A stretch of 64,000 nt of DNA from Paraphysomonas bandaiensis. Lineage: Eukaryota > Protista > Chrysophyceae. The stretch is from assembly GCA_965644295.1 (NCBI GenBank), contig CBFFRP010000244.1:35381-99380 (forward strand), in the 5' to 3' direction. How positions within the stretch are numbered: position 1 is the first letter of the stretch; each line of letters starts with the position of its first letter. Both the position numbers and the translations under genes were made by a program. The notes beneath the pieces were generated by a model. That model ran no database searches. It had not been told where the DNA came from and saw only the letters and a program-made list of their open reading frames with translations. Below are positions 26,238 to 39,225 of this stretch, piece by piece.

Positions 26238-26839
26238 CGCACAGTTTTTGGAAACTCAGTTTTTGCCATTTGTATGTTTCATGTATTGGCACCTAATATT
26301 GCTGTAATAATAGATGTTTTTTTTCCTCGAAATATCTTTATATCACGGATCTGCAGATGTAATGGTTATTATCGAGACTTCGAAGGAGATCAATGTTAGC
26401 TCTGAATTTATATCTTCATCACGTGAAGATCGGTATTTACTAACTACATGCACTTATGAGTCTACACATGTAGATTTTAAGAAAAAGATACAGCAATACG
26501 TATTCAGCAATGTATAAATGAAGTTATTTAGGCGACTGTCGAATTCGATTTCGTAATAATATATAGATATAATAAGATAATAGCCAACTAATCATAAACT
26601 ATGTCAGATTACATACAAATAGAAAAAGTTATTGTATCGAAATAGTTGTATCGAGTATTGTTGTAAAACAAGGAGCAATATTGTTGTTTAAGAGTATAAT
26701 ATAATTTGTAATTTCCGCAAAAGCAGATCTTGTTCAATTGTAAAGCACTAAGCCTTTTTCATGCTCAACTATACGTTTTAAAATGATCATGGTAATAGTA
26801 AAACGATACTATGTCTAATGTCAGATTGCTAAGTAGGAG

Positions 26840-27800
26840 CAGGGCCAGTTAATTATTCATAGTAATGGCATAATCACTGCCGGGACCTATTTCATTAATT
26901 GCCATTATCCGGGAACTGGGTACTTGATATATATATCTTACAAAGAATTAAGTATTTATAAGATAATATTATAGTAGCTCCTCTATTCTCCGAATATACT
27001 CTAAACGATGTTCATGCAACTCTACAGCTACTTAGCGGCAACTTTACGCATTTCAAGCGGCAAACTTAATGTATATATATATTAAAATAGTTTCGTGAGC
27101 AACAACATACTCGACAATTGAAGTGCCTGCTTCGTGGTGTTTGCAATTAACACTTTCATTGCTTTGTGAACGACACACATATATTATATGTGTTTAGGTA
27201 AAATAATAATAGCTCAAAATACAACAAATATAACAGCGTAATGACTGCCATATATATACTATCATATAATTCATCCTCCATATCAACCCACATTATGATA
27301 TACTTCTTGTAAACTTCGTGGTTTTATTTACTTCTTAATCATACAAAATGAAGAATATCAATGACTCTACTATTGTTCATCACGCTTATGCTCTCGCTTC
27401 ACGAAAGAATTCGCTTCCTTTTATGGATAGGGCCGATCCAATGACCCAGCTAGAAAATATGCATGAAAGTATTTCGGAAATAAGTTACGCAGTGAAACAC
27501 ACTTATTATAACATATATTAAAGAACGACGATGGCAACAAAATTGATGGTAGTGTCTTCCGGTGGATTTGGAAGCCTTGCAATAAGACCTTGATGTGCCA
27601 GTGGAGAGCGCAAAGTTTAATGATGTGTAGTTACGATTCGTAGTCTGTTATTTTACTAAATTAGTAATTAAAGGAGTACCATATTATCAATTACGAGGAA
27701 TATTATCTAGTTAGATATTAATAAATGGCCAATATGATTACCGGGAAGTGGGCATCCATTAATGGGCCATTAATTAATGGCTACAACACCCCACACCCTG
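26840..27800 (-). mobile_element. hAT-like non-autonomous element, copy 2
   Basis: CAGGG...CCCTG ends. Reverse complement of the 36654-37350 and 15105-16608 bodies. No TSD recognisable. Confidence 0.7.
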
Positions 27801-28078
27801 GTATTAAGCACGCCATATTGAATTCTGAACCAATATATAGGTGCTTTCAACATACACACATACACATGCATGCGTTTGCTGCAAATTAACGACAAATCTT
27901 GAGCATATATAAATTTCACCAAATCTTATAGTTCATTACAGTACACCATCTAGTTCTCATTATTGCTTGCGCATGTAACAGAAAAGCAATAACTGTACCC
28001 CAATGAATGAACTGATTATTACTCAACAGCCCAATAGTACTCCAGCTACACACTCTACTACTCTAGTCTCTAGTACCA

Positions 28079-29532
28079 CTACTTATTACCTGACACTAGC
28101 CGGGAGTCTCTGGAGCTTAAAGCCATTTCTGATGCAATTCTCTTTTTACCACGACTGAGAGCATTGCTCAGTAAGTCGAGCATATCCACTACCTCACCTG
28201 CATGGTCTTCTTTTTCCATTTCAAACACGGTTTCATGCCGTAAATCAGCACATGAATCAACGACGTACTCGGACTGAACTTTCACTGCGCATTTCAAATG
28301 CTTTTCTCCCCTCCAATCTAATAGGCATTCTGCTTGCTTGCGTCGTCTTCAATAACCTCGAGACATACACTCTCCGCATTTCAACATGTCACGGGAACCC
28401 ACTTGTCACGCTCATTTTGTCGATAATGAGGCATAAACCTTTACAATAGCTCTCCCGCATAGTAATGAAGCTTGCAATACGAACTCACAGTTAATAATGG
28501 CACGATTCACTGTGTCTTCGCTCTCTCAAATTCCTTCTGTGGGAATAAGTCGATCCAGCGGAATATGTCGATCCAGCAAAAAAATCGACCTTTTTTCGTT
28601 ATTTCTCTGAAATATATTCGTCAAAAAACAACATGCATCAAAAAAGCCTGGATTTTTTTTCTGGATCGGCATATTCTGCTGGATCTTATATTCCCACACA
28701 CAGAATTGTTGCCTTATTGGAATTCCAAGAAATCACTATCTAAGTGCGTGGCATTCGCTACTATCTAATTGAAGTTGCGGTTTCTGCAGCACGACATCAA
28801 GATTTCAGCTGGATGATGGTATCTTGTTCCCTCAAACCATCCCTATCTGCTCCTTGGAGTTCCAAAACGCTGTTCATATACCAGTGCCTGCCAGTACTTC
28901 AATGTTCTGTTCGACGTCATACTTTAGTCAGCCGCATTTGCGATTACTACACAATCACAACTTCACTGCAATCAAGTCAGAGTTATCATCACGACTAAGA
29001 TTCGTGTCCTCACAGTGAGTGTTGCCTGGAGTGACACTTCTTTATTGGCATGCTCCATTTCTGATTGGCTTCTGCGGTATATTTTTTTGGACAAGACGAT
29101 GAAAAACGACGCTTTTGTTCTCGTTAGCGCGAAGGGCATCCCAGTAGAGCTCATAGAACTCCCATCCATACACTCGTATCCAGAATGTACTCCAGAGCGC
29201 AAGTAAAACTCCCTTGCCTGACAATCCTGGAGTTTTACTTGCGCTCTGGAGCTTGAGGAAGATTTTACTCCCTTGCCTGACGATCCTGCAGAGTGTTCGA
29301 TCATGGAAGACCGCAGTCCTGATCCCTTCTATCAGACATTGCATGCTCTTACTTGTCCAGATACACTGGATGAAATGATTCGTTACTAATATTCGCCGCA
29401 AGAGAATGAATACTTTAAACGAGCAGCAGCATGTGGCAGCTCAAACAGCCGAACTGGAGACATCACGGTATCATGATCAGCTCACTGAAACCTATTCATT
29501 TCCGTCGGCTGACTTAGCACTTCTTCCTGCAT
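28079..29532 (-). pseudogene. Decayed coding remnant (TE or gene), unidentified
   Basis: GC-richer island with broken protein-like frames (e.g. YGWEFYELYWDALRANENK), several stops and frameshifts, interrupted by a MITE. Confidence 0.35.
28533..28703. mobile_element. 171-bp MITE with about 55-bp imperfect TIRs and an AATT target duplication
   Basis: Left TGTGGGAATAAGTCGATCCAGCGGAATATGTCGATCCAGCAAAAAAATC versus reverse-complemented right TGTGGGAATATAAGATCCAGCAGAATATGCCGATCCAGAAAAAAAATC. AATT on both flanks. Confidence 0.8.
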
Positions 29533-30112
29533 CGTTTGTTTCTACTTAGTAAATTTTTTGCTATCTGTTCCTTAGTCTTAGTTTGTTCCATTTTTACCAT
29601 TAACTAACATTCGATACAACGTAACACTTACATAACCTTTCGACACTTAGTAACACTTACTTCTATTCACAATTAGCAACAACTTAGTAACACTATATAG
29701 TATACATTATACCCAGAGGGCATACCATTACAACTTTACATTCGAAGAAAAATGTTGATTAGAAGGCCTTACGTTTTATTTACAATTCATTGCGATCATA
29801 ATTTAATTGAGCTACATAGCTGATTGTGGTAGCCTTTTATCAATATTTCGATGATAGTGACAGTCACTACATTTCAGTTTGATGTAATTCATAGCATTTT
29901 ATGAATTTTATTAACTACTATATTTATTATCAATTATATTATAATTCAAAATTGTAATCTACAGCATAGAATTGCAGTCATAAGCAATATGTACTGTTCG
30001 TAATACGCAGAAAATTACTTAATTAATGACTACATATTCCTAGTAAAAACAAACAACAGACTCTAATTCGGCAAGACACAGTCAATATAATTAAGTGCAC
30101 AGTATCAGAATA

Positions 30113-32237
30113 TTAAGCAGATTGAGGTTTCTGATCTGCTGCAAGAAGCAATTTTTCCATCTTATCAACTTGCAACTGGACAGGATCGTGAGGCAACACT
30201 TCACCCTCCTCTCCTCTAGGCTCGTGAACCTGCAACACTATTAGAGACTGAAGAAAAATACGAAGTAGGTTACCTTTCTAAGGTTTGGAGACAGTTTTAG
30301 AGAGTTCACTCCACCTCTGTCATCACCGACGATAAGAATGGGATCACTCTGGTTGAAACACACATGTGTCAGCTTCGCTCTCTTGACAACCTTCTGTTCA
30401 CATAACGGTTCGTGTTTATTCTCCGCCAGATCAAATACATGCACCTGTAATATAAATCATAATAAGACTAGGGTTTAGGTGTAACCACACAACTAACCTT
30501 TCCGTCCGAAGTAACAGCGGCAAAAACCGTTGATGAATACGGGGCCCAAGCTACATCTCCTACAGCGTTTCCTAGGTCAAACGACAGGATAGGAGTTGGG
30601 AAATTGTGATCCCATATCTTAACAGTCCAATCTGCGGAGCACGAAATGAATACACGAGGATGGAAAGGGTTCCATTTCAGCGCATACACCGCCATGTGAT
30701 GTCCCTGATATGTCTCCAGGTACTGCCCGCTGTATGCCTTTGAGCACTTGTGAATATTTCCTTCCTCCGTGCCTACGATGAATAGGTGCTCATTGTGCCG
30801 GTTAAAATCGAAGCAGCACCCTCCTGCAAGACCTGAGAGGTTAACCTCATCAGGGTCATCCCTGGCAGTAGCCACCAGTTTCAGCTGCATGACAGGTTCC
30901 ATTTTCAACTCGTTCTTGCTCATGATCCAGGAAGCAACTTGACCATCAGAGGATATCGAGAAAAAGTTTAGCTCTTTTACCAAGTCCTCATCTTGCCAGT
31001 GTACTTGCCACACAGGGTCAGTGTGCTTCCCCGTGCGAATCGAAGACGAGTAGATTGGCCGGTTCACGCGGTTGCGCACATCAAATACCATTACAGTCCC
31101 ATCATAGCATCCCACAGCCAGTAGAGATTGATGCCTTGGGTGAAAGTCTAGACTCATAACTCCAGACTCTGTTGAAAATATATATTCTGGGTGAGAAGTA
31201 TTCTTTAGGGAAAAGCAGCACACCATTCCGGATCCCTGTCGCATGAAGTCATAACTCCCATACGCCACTGCGAACAAGTCCGGATAAGCAGGGTTCCACC
31301 GGATAGCGGTAACCTGCTTGCGCTTCGTGCGCTCAGTGCTGAATCTCCACAGTGGGAGCAAACTTCCCTCTCCATTGCGGTACCAGTCGCTAGCGTCTTC
31401 CCAATACTTAAAGTCCTGGAATATCTCATCCTCAGCGTTCTGATTTACCATGCGCTCAAGAATCTTGAGTGCATTGCTCATCTTTTGACTATGAACCATA
31501 TCATCCTCTTTATTTGTCTTGCTAGATGCATCTTCCATACTTTGCGCGGAAGTGCTACTTTTACGTTTTTCAACATTCTTTTGTGACTCCTCCTCTTGAA
31601 TCTGCTTTTTGTACTCAGCCATGTAAGCGTCGTAGATTTCCCACTGTGTCACAGTAGCAAAGAATTGTACAACAGGAGGAGGTTCAGTCGCAACTCCGCG
31701 AGAACGAAGAGAATTATTAAACGTTTGTGCGGCGCGTTCACTGTAATTGAACTGATTCTTTCCTGTTTTTGGAGCTTCTGCATCCACATCATCCTCACCA
31801 GCATCCAGTGCTTCCTGCGCCGCCTCCTTGCGAAGCCTTTCGATTTCCATAGCTTTCGCCTCTTCTAACTGCTGCTGATGCTTGGCTTCATCACTGTCTT
31901 TATGAAGAGAGCATCCGTCCATTTGAAAGTGGAATGCAAGATTGTCCATGGGTCCTTCGGGATCCTGCTTGTAAGCCTTCTCTTTGTAGTTATATTTGGT
32001 CGTGTTATTTGGCACATTCGGATCATTTGCAGTTAAAATACGAGTAAACTCTTCAGCAAGTTGTTCTTCAGTCAACACGACCTGATTTTCAGGTCTCACA
32101 ACACGCTTAATGGGCTCACGATAGAAATCTTCCTCCTCGTGAACTAATGGAGCGGTTGGTAACATGCTCGAGGCATTGTTCTCATCTGATCCATCTTTTT
32201 TCTTTTTAGTGGCCCTCTTCACAGGTTTTGGGGCCAT
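30113..32237 (-). CDS. DNAI1: Axonemal outer-arm dynein intermediate chain (IC78/IC1 type), WD40
   Basis: [58 protein letters not shown]. Introns 30497-30445 and 30273-30230. Stop at 30113. Confidence 0.92.
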
Positions 32238-32669
32238 GTTTATAATTCAATACGAACTACCCTCCCAGCACAGGGCAACTATATCTCACCATTCGCATGC
32301 ACATACATACATACATGAGATGAAGATCAATTAACACGAAAAAATAAATCTAAGAGGATCCGTTTCACTCTTTATGTATGTAATATGTGTGTGCTGATAT
32401 CTTCTGCAGTCAAACTGAAAGACTATGTACAGGGGTGGTACAACTGTGGAGTGTTTGTCCAGTTCTGTATACCATATAGCATTCTACTTCAGTAATACAG
32501 TCCTATGCACTGTATGATGTAGATGTATGTACTGTACATGTACAGAGAGCAGCATATCTAGCTATAGTATAGATAATACAGTCAGCCATGGAGCTGTACA
32601 CACACTGAGGCCACTGGAACAGAGCGGATAGAGGACGAAAGAAATCTGTAGAGCACATCTATTGTCTGT

Positions 32670-35600
32670 ATGTTTTTAGAGCCGTCACCTTTAAAGAGAG
32701 ATCCCTCTAGTTCAAAGAGACTAGGGAAGAGACACGTTGAGTTCAAACGAGGTGAGACGTGGCTCTATTAGCGATATGTCTATGTGCCTATCAATGAGCG
32801 TATATCTGTATAGTAACTGAGTGATGTATAGATGTGGGTAGCACTGTGAGTGAGAGTGCTGCCACACAGAGTCTGCTGCCACTCAACAGTGAATCCGAAA
32901 AGATTACTAGAAAAGAAAGTAGTGATGCCTCCTCGACTGCGAGGGCACGGGCATCACTTGATATTTCTGATCTTCTGGAAAAGATTGACGTGCTAACTCA
33001 CAATATGTACGAGAATGATGTCCGTGTAAGTCGCCTTCGAGCTGAATTGAGAGACGAGAGAGAACGCAATACACTGGCACAGGATGAGCTTCGGAGGGTA
33101 CTTTCGGAAGAGATTACATCACGTCGACGAACTGTGAGCAAAATTAATGTAACACTTGATAAGTTGCACTCTGATTCATGCGATAGAGATGAGGCGTTGA
33201 GCTCTCTGGCAACAATCACAGATGATAGAATAATAGGTCTCGATGCTAGCATTACTAAAGTGGCAAACAGTTTTGCTGATCAAATTGTTACACTTCAGAA
33301 CAGTATTAAAAGTGCTCTTCGAACGTTGCAAGTTGACCTGAAAGGTGTTTCGAGTCGCCTTGATAATTCTGTTGATGAGTACAAACGCCTTTACGATCTA
33401 TCTCGTGGTCAGATAAACCAGAGCGCAGAAAGATGCTCTACCATAACATCCTCCCTTAGTGTGCGGTTGGATAAGGTTTGTACGCTGGTTGATTCATTGC
33501 CAGGTAACATAGAAGATAAATATGGGGAACTTGGTAGCCACATTTCTGAGGAAACTAGGCGTCGATGTGATACTATGCAGAGTATGCGGGCTTCTATTGA
33601 CCAGCTATGTAGGGAGACTGAGGATCGCTTACTTTCAGCATTACATGAGGTGCGACAGAGTATGCGAGGGTTAGAGGAGCGTGCAGAGGATGTGGCAAAG
33701 CGGGAGACCGAAGCAATGCGCGCGGAAATTATGCGGACAGTGCAGGGTAAGGTAGAGGACGGTGGACGGAGCTTGGCTGTGCAATTTCAGCAGCTGCTTG
33801 ACAATGAGGTAATGGGTCTCCATACCGCGATGGATGGGGCAGAAAAGCGCTTCGTTGGAGAGGCCGAAGCGTTGAGACGAGAAGTACAGATCACCGATCG
33901 GAAACTGTCAGAGTCTGCAGTGATGCAGGTGTCATTGAATAGCCAGATCAGAAGTTTTAGGGCTGATTTAGAGGCGGATATGTCCCGTCGCGTATCCACT
34001 ATTGCGGCTGATATCGAAGAACTTAAGCGTACAGAAGTAAACTCTCAAGTGCAGGTTGAAATGAACAACCTACAGGATCGAATTACCGTGTGCGAGCGTG
34101 GAGTTGAGCGAGTAGATGGGCTAGTAACTGATATCGAAGAACTTAAGCGTACAGAAGTAAACTCTCAAGTGCAGGTTGAAATGAACAACCTACAGGATCG
34201 AATTACCGTGTGCGAGCGTGGAGTTGAGCGAGTAGATGGGCTAGTAACTGATATCGAAGAACTTAAGCGTACAGAAGTAAACTCTCAAGTGCAGGTTGAA
34301 ATGAACAACCTACAGGATCGAATTACCGTGTGCGAGCGTGGAGTTGAGCGAGTAGATGGGCTAGTAACTGATATCGAAGAACTTAAGCGTACAGAAGTAA
34401 ACTCTCAAGTGCAGGTTGAAATGAACAACCTACAGGATCGAATTACCGTGTGCGAGCGTGGAGTTGAGCGAGTAGATGGGCTAGTGACTGATATCGAAGA
34501 ACTTAAGCGTACAGAAGTAAACTCTCAAGTGCAGGTTGAAATGAACAACCTACAGGATCGAATTACCGTGTGCGAGCGTGGAGTTGAGCGAGTAAATAGG
34601 CTAGTGACTGATATCAGGCGACCGATTGAAACACAGAAGGAAAATTTCCGAGCGGTATTTAGGTATATGGAGGACGTAAAAGGAATTCTGGAAGGACTGA
34701 AAGATCTACGAAGTGAGTCCGTATCCCGACAGCAGGCAGTGGAATTTGCACTGGCAATGATGAATGAGCATAGAAACAAACTGGATTGCGAAGTCCGGAA
34801 AGTACTGTACGAGTGGACTGAGAGTCAGGATGTGTGGACATTGGAGGCAAGGTTGACGGTAGATAGGATTGTCAATGCTGTGGTGTCTAATCACATAGAG
34901 TCTGTTACTGGAGCTCGCAATTGTGAAAGTGGCCTGATTGATGTGGAGAGGAGAGGAGGTACAGAAGAGGCAACAAACACTGCAGTAGTCGACAGGTTGA
35001 AACTTGAGGCTACTGCAGATTCGAAGGTCCCAGATATAGAAGACAAAATCATTCTACTTCAAGAAAATATCGAAGTGAAGAATACTGAGCTCATGGAACT
35101 AATATGTACAGGTGCTGAGACTCGCAAAGATAGAAACATGATTGCGGAGGAATTAGCCGATACGAAGGCTGCGTATGAGGAGTGCATGATGAAGTCCAAC
35201 GATGAGATTTTTGCGCTTCGCAGTCAATTAGACACTGCCTGTAAAGCAGAATCTTCATTGGAGAAAAAGATTTCCTCTTTAGAAATAGAGCTTAAAAGTG
35301 TGGAGTCTGTATCTGCAGAGCGATGGTCTGATGTCATAGAGTCACAGACAGAGCTGACTCGTGTCAAAGAGGAAAAAAAGGAAAAGGAGGAAGTTGATAC
35401 TGTCAGGGACATGGACCTCGTCACTGCACTGACTGACAACGATAGATTAAAGAGGAAGCTTGAAATTGTGGATAGGCGTCCAGATATAAAGGGGCAAAGT
35501 GAACAGCGCCCTGAGATAGGTATTGATATGGTAGATTGTAAGACTGACGCTCTCCGACGTCGTCCACGCTGTCCTGACACCTCACCCGAAGGTGAAAGAG

Positions 35601-35920
35601 TGAACTCTAGCGACGATTCGACTGGTAATAGTTGTATGAAAAGGCATTGTACTCACTGACATTGTGTCTGTTAGTCGACGAACCTGTTTATCTTACTATA
35701 CCAAGAGAAGGTGGTGACAATCAGACGTGGATGGAATGCAAAGATCCGCGCACTGGGTACTTCTATTACTACAATCCAGACACAGAGTACGTGCAATATT
35801 AATACAATTCATGATGTATGGTCCTATGAAGTAATGTACAGCATTTATATTGAATACAGTGGCAAGTTGTGGTCTTATTTACTCTTTCACAGTGAAAGTC
35901 AATGGACAATGCCGACATAA
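32670..35920 (+). CDS. Long coiled-coil protein with five 40-aa tandem repeats and a C-terminal WW domain
   Basis: ATG at 32670. Introns 32752-32831, 35625-35674 and 35787-35892 give the C-terminus WMECKDPRTGYFYYYNPDTDESQWTMPT* (WW consensus). Confidence 0.8.
34008..34615 (+). repeat. Coding minisatellite, 5 x 120 bp, nearly identical
   Basis: Unit encodes DIEELKRTEVNSQVQVEMNNLQDRITVCERGVERVDGLVT. Only a few substitutions, in units 4-5. Confidence 0.98.
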
Positions 35921-36653
35921 TGCTTTGATAATCTACTACTATTGAAGAATATTGTACATATTCTACACGAGGATATTGCAGATAAATACAGCGTTGTATT
36001 GGCGGATGTATATTTTGTTTACCACACAGATATTTTTGCTATACGGACGCCAAGCATGTTGCTATGTTTATAGAATTCGGTGTTAATGTTTGTTGCAATT
36101 TTTCATTGTGATTAATGTAGTTGAGAGTATATTGTGTGTCTTGCGCTCATCTATTGCCTCTTTCGGATTACATGAACTGATCTTCACACCCATCTGATGT
36201 AGTTAATGCTGTAAATGTAAATATTACCTAGACAACCATATACAATGGTGGACATATTGATTTGTTATCACTGGGAATTTGTTACTCACTTCTAAAAGTA
36301 GGAAAAAAAGAATAGATAAAATGCTATCAATTGTTCTGTGCACATATTAAATTTTAAAACTGATGGAAGACTGCAGCAATGGCAAGAGTGTATATATTAT
36401 ATATTATGTTTATACGTTTATACATTATTTAACATTGACTGCTTATGTAGTTCTCTCCATTTCTTGAGAAGTTGTAATATTGCAATAATCCTTTTCTGCT
36501 ATAAGTTTGCTGTTATGCTGATAATTTATTTGATAGTTTGTAACTGCAAATGAAAGTTTATATTTTTCACTGCTACGTATATGTAACTCAGTAGGTAGAC
36601 CCAACCTGCATACTTTAAACTTTAAATGTTTTTTTTTGAAATTTTAGAAATAG

Positions 36654-37350
36654 CAGGGGTTATTGGATTGGCCATATCGACATAAAAGGAAGCGAATTCT
36701 TTCATAAAACGAGATTATAAGGCGTGATGAATAATAGTAGAGTCATTGATATTCTTCATTTTATATGATTAAGAAGTAAAAAAAATCAGGAAGTTTGCAA
36801 GCAGTATACCATAATGAGGGTTAATGGAGGATGAATTATATGATAGTATATATATGACAGTCGCTTACGCTGTTATATTTGTTGTATTTTGAGCTTTATT
36901 ACTTTACCCGAACATATATTATAATATATATGTGTCGTACACAAAACAATATATTATATGAAAGTGCTAATTGCAAACACCACAAAGCAGGCACTTCAAT
37001 TGTCGAGTATGTGGTTGCTCACGAAACTATTTTAATATATATATATAACATTAAGTTTGCCGCTTGAAATGCGTAAAGTTGCCGTAAGTAGCTGTAGAGT
37101 TGCATGAACTTTGTTTAGAGTATATTCGGAGAATAGAGGAACTACTATAATATTATCTTATAAATACTTAATTCTTTGTAAGATATATATATCAAGTACC
37201 AGTAAATTCAATTTATGACAATGGGAAATGGGTGCCCAGTTCCCGGATAGTGGCAATAATGAAATAGGTCCCGGCAATGATTATGCCATCACCATCAATG
37301 GTCCTTTCATCGATATTAATGCCATTACCATTAATGGTTACCAGGCTCTG
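36654..37350 (+). mobile_element. hAT-like non-autonomous element, copy 3 (left end uncertain)
   Basis: The body matches the other two copies. The right end TTAATGGTTACCAGGCTCTG is the near reverse complement of the left end of the 15105 copy. Confidence 0.7.
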
Positions 37351-38868
37351 GAACCAGTAACCTTGAGTGCCCTCCATCAGTATGTATTGATGACATTTTC
37401 TACTAATCGAGGTTCTCGAGAGGTATGGATCTAGATATTGCAGTAGTATTGCATGTATGAGTTACGTGCTCAAAATGCCTATTCTCGTTATATTGATGAT
37501 TGATGTGTTGACGATTAACTTGAAATGCACAATCAGTTTGTTATTAATTACCAACGTATACTACTTTTCTTCCGGAATCACTAAACAAGGAAGATAACGG
37601 TAGTAGTTATTACTAAGTTCTTCATACTCTCACTTCCATCACCTGAACTCCTCTCTTACTTTCAAATCTATTAACTAATTGAGATATGAATACATTCGGT
37701 ATTTAGTGTTGACTAGCTTTTAGAAATATTGCTGAATACTTAAGCCTACAGAACACTGTCCTAATACGAGACATGAGCATCCTAAGTAGTGTTACGACAA
37801 CAAGTTCTTGTTGCTTTCTCGTACCAAAGAAGCAATTATTTTCCGTATTACATATATCAGAACGTAGTAAATATTACACTCGAATAGTCCAATCTGTATA
37901 AATTGATATTGTGTTCTTAATGTCAGAACACAGCAACGACTCCAGCAGACATCTCTTGCCGATTGAAAATCTGTACTTTCCCTTTCTGAAAATTCAAAAG
38001 CTCGTCCTCGTCTAGGTTCATATTCTTAAGTTGCTGGAAAAACTTGGCAACAAGTTACAAAAGTGTGTAATCTATACTCAGTACAGAAACATAGGAGGAC
38101 TGGATGATTCGAATTGTTGTATTTACGAAACAACCATTGCATTTGTGAAATGCCTGTCTAGAAATTGTTTACACCTTTGTTGTCCATAGTCTACAGGAAG
38201 AAAGTTCATGTCTCCTGTATGATAAATTAAGTCAATTTCCGCGTAAGTTCACAGTGCTTCCATAAATTAAAAATAATTCCTCTCAACACTTATTGATACA
38301 GCCAGTAAATAATTTACGCTCCGGACTCGGTTTCAGTGACTACCTTCCTCGTCACCACACACTCAAATTAACACAGCAAAGTCCATTAACGGAATTAAAC
38401 AGACTCGTGACCCTTAAATCTCGATCAATATTACACGAACTCATCTTATTGGCCGGACATATCAATGACTCCGATCACATCGTCTGATTCCTACAAACAG
38501 TCATACACAGGATTTCAGCACTCTCTCTTGCATTCTGATACTCACACTGGTAGCAGTGTCGACAAGAAAAGAAGGGATGCACAAATTAGCTCTATGTTTA
38601 GCTGTTAAAGCAGACTGCACGCATATCCGGACCAGATTCATCTTATACTACTGTATATGTGCTGTACAACTACGTATTACCCCTGCAGATGTGTTTTTTT
38701 GTAAGAAGCAGACATTGATGATGGTGCTGCCTGGTCTTGTATGGTGTTCGTATTGTAGTGTGCATGCTCTCATACCTTAGCGGGCTGTATCACTTTCTGA
38801 AACATTTATAATCATCTTGTTTGACGAGCGCTCTGTGGAGTGAGGAAACGAGTGCAATTATTTCTGAT

Positions 38869-39225
38869 ATGATCTCTAAGGCGCTCAACTTTCTTGGCCT
38901 TATACTGCTTGCACATGCTGCATACTCTGCCCATCACTATAAAGGCATCGTTGCAGCTCTTGGAATGACGGGAGATGTCAGTATGCCTCCAGCAGATGTA
39001 AACTAATTTCCCTACTAGTAATTTATTTAATATGTGTTGTAGGTAATAATAGAAACCGCAGTTGCGTTCGCTCTTGTTGTGATAGGACAAATAGCCCCGA
39101 TGAAAATGATCCCAGTTCGAATATCATCTGAGAAAATTTCAAAGTCGTGGGAAGAAACAATGCAGCGCCCAGAATTCGCAACATTTAATCATCGGGGAAG
39201 GGCTCTTTTCAAGAGAAACAATTAA
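38869..39225 (+). CDS. EMC5: ER membrane complex subunit 5 / membrane magnesium transporter
   Basis: MISKALNFLGLILLAHAAYSAHHY..PPAD|VIIET..RPEFATFNHRGR. Intron 38998-39042. Confidence 0.9.

Noticed and set aside
34008-34615. CRISPR-like array
   Set aside because: Contiguous 120-bp units with no unique spacers, in frame within a eukaryotic CDS.
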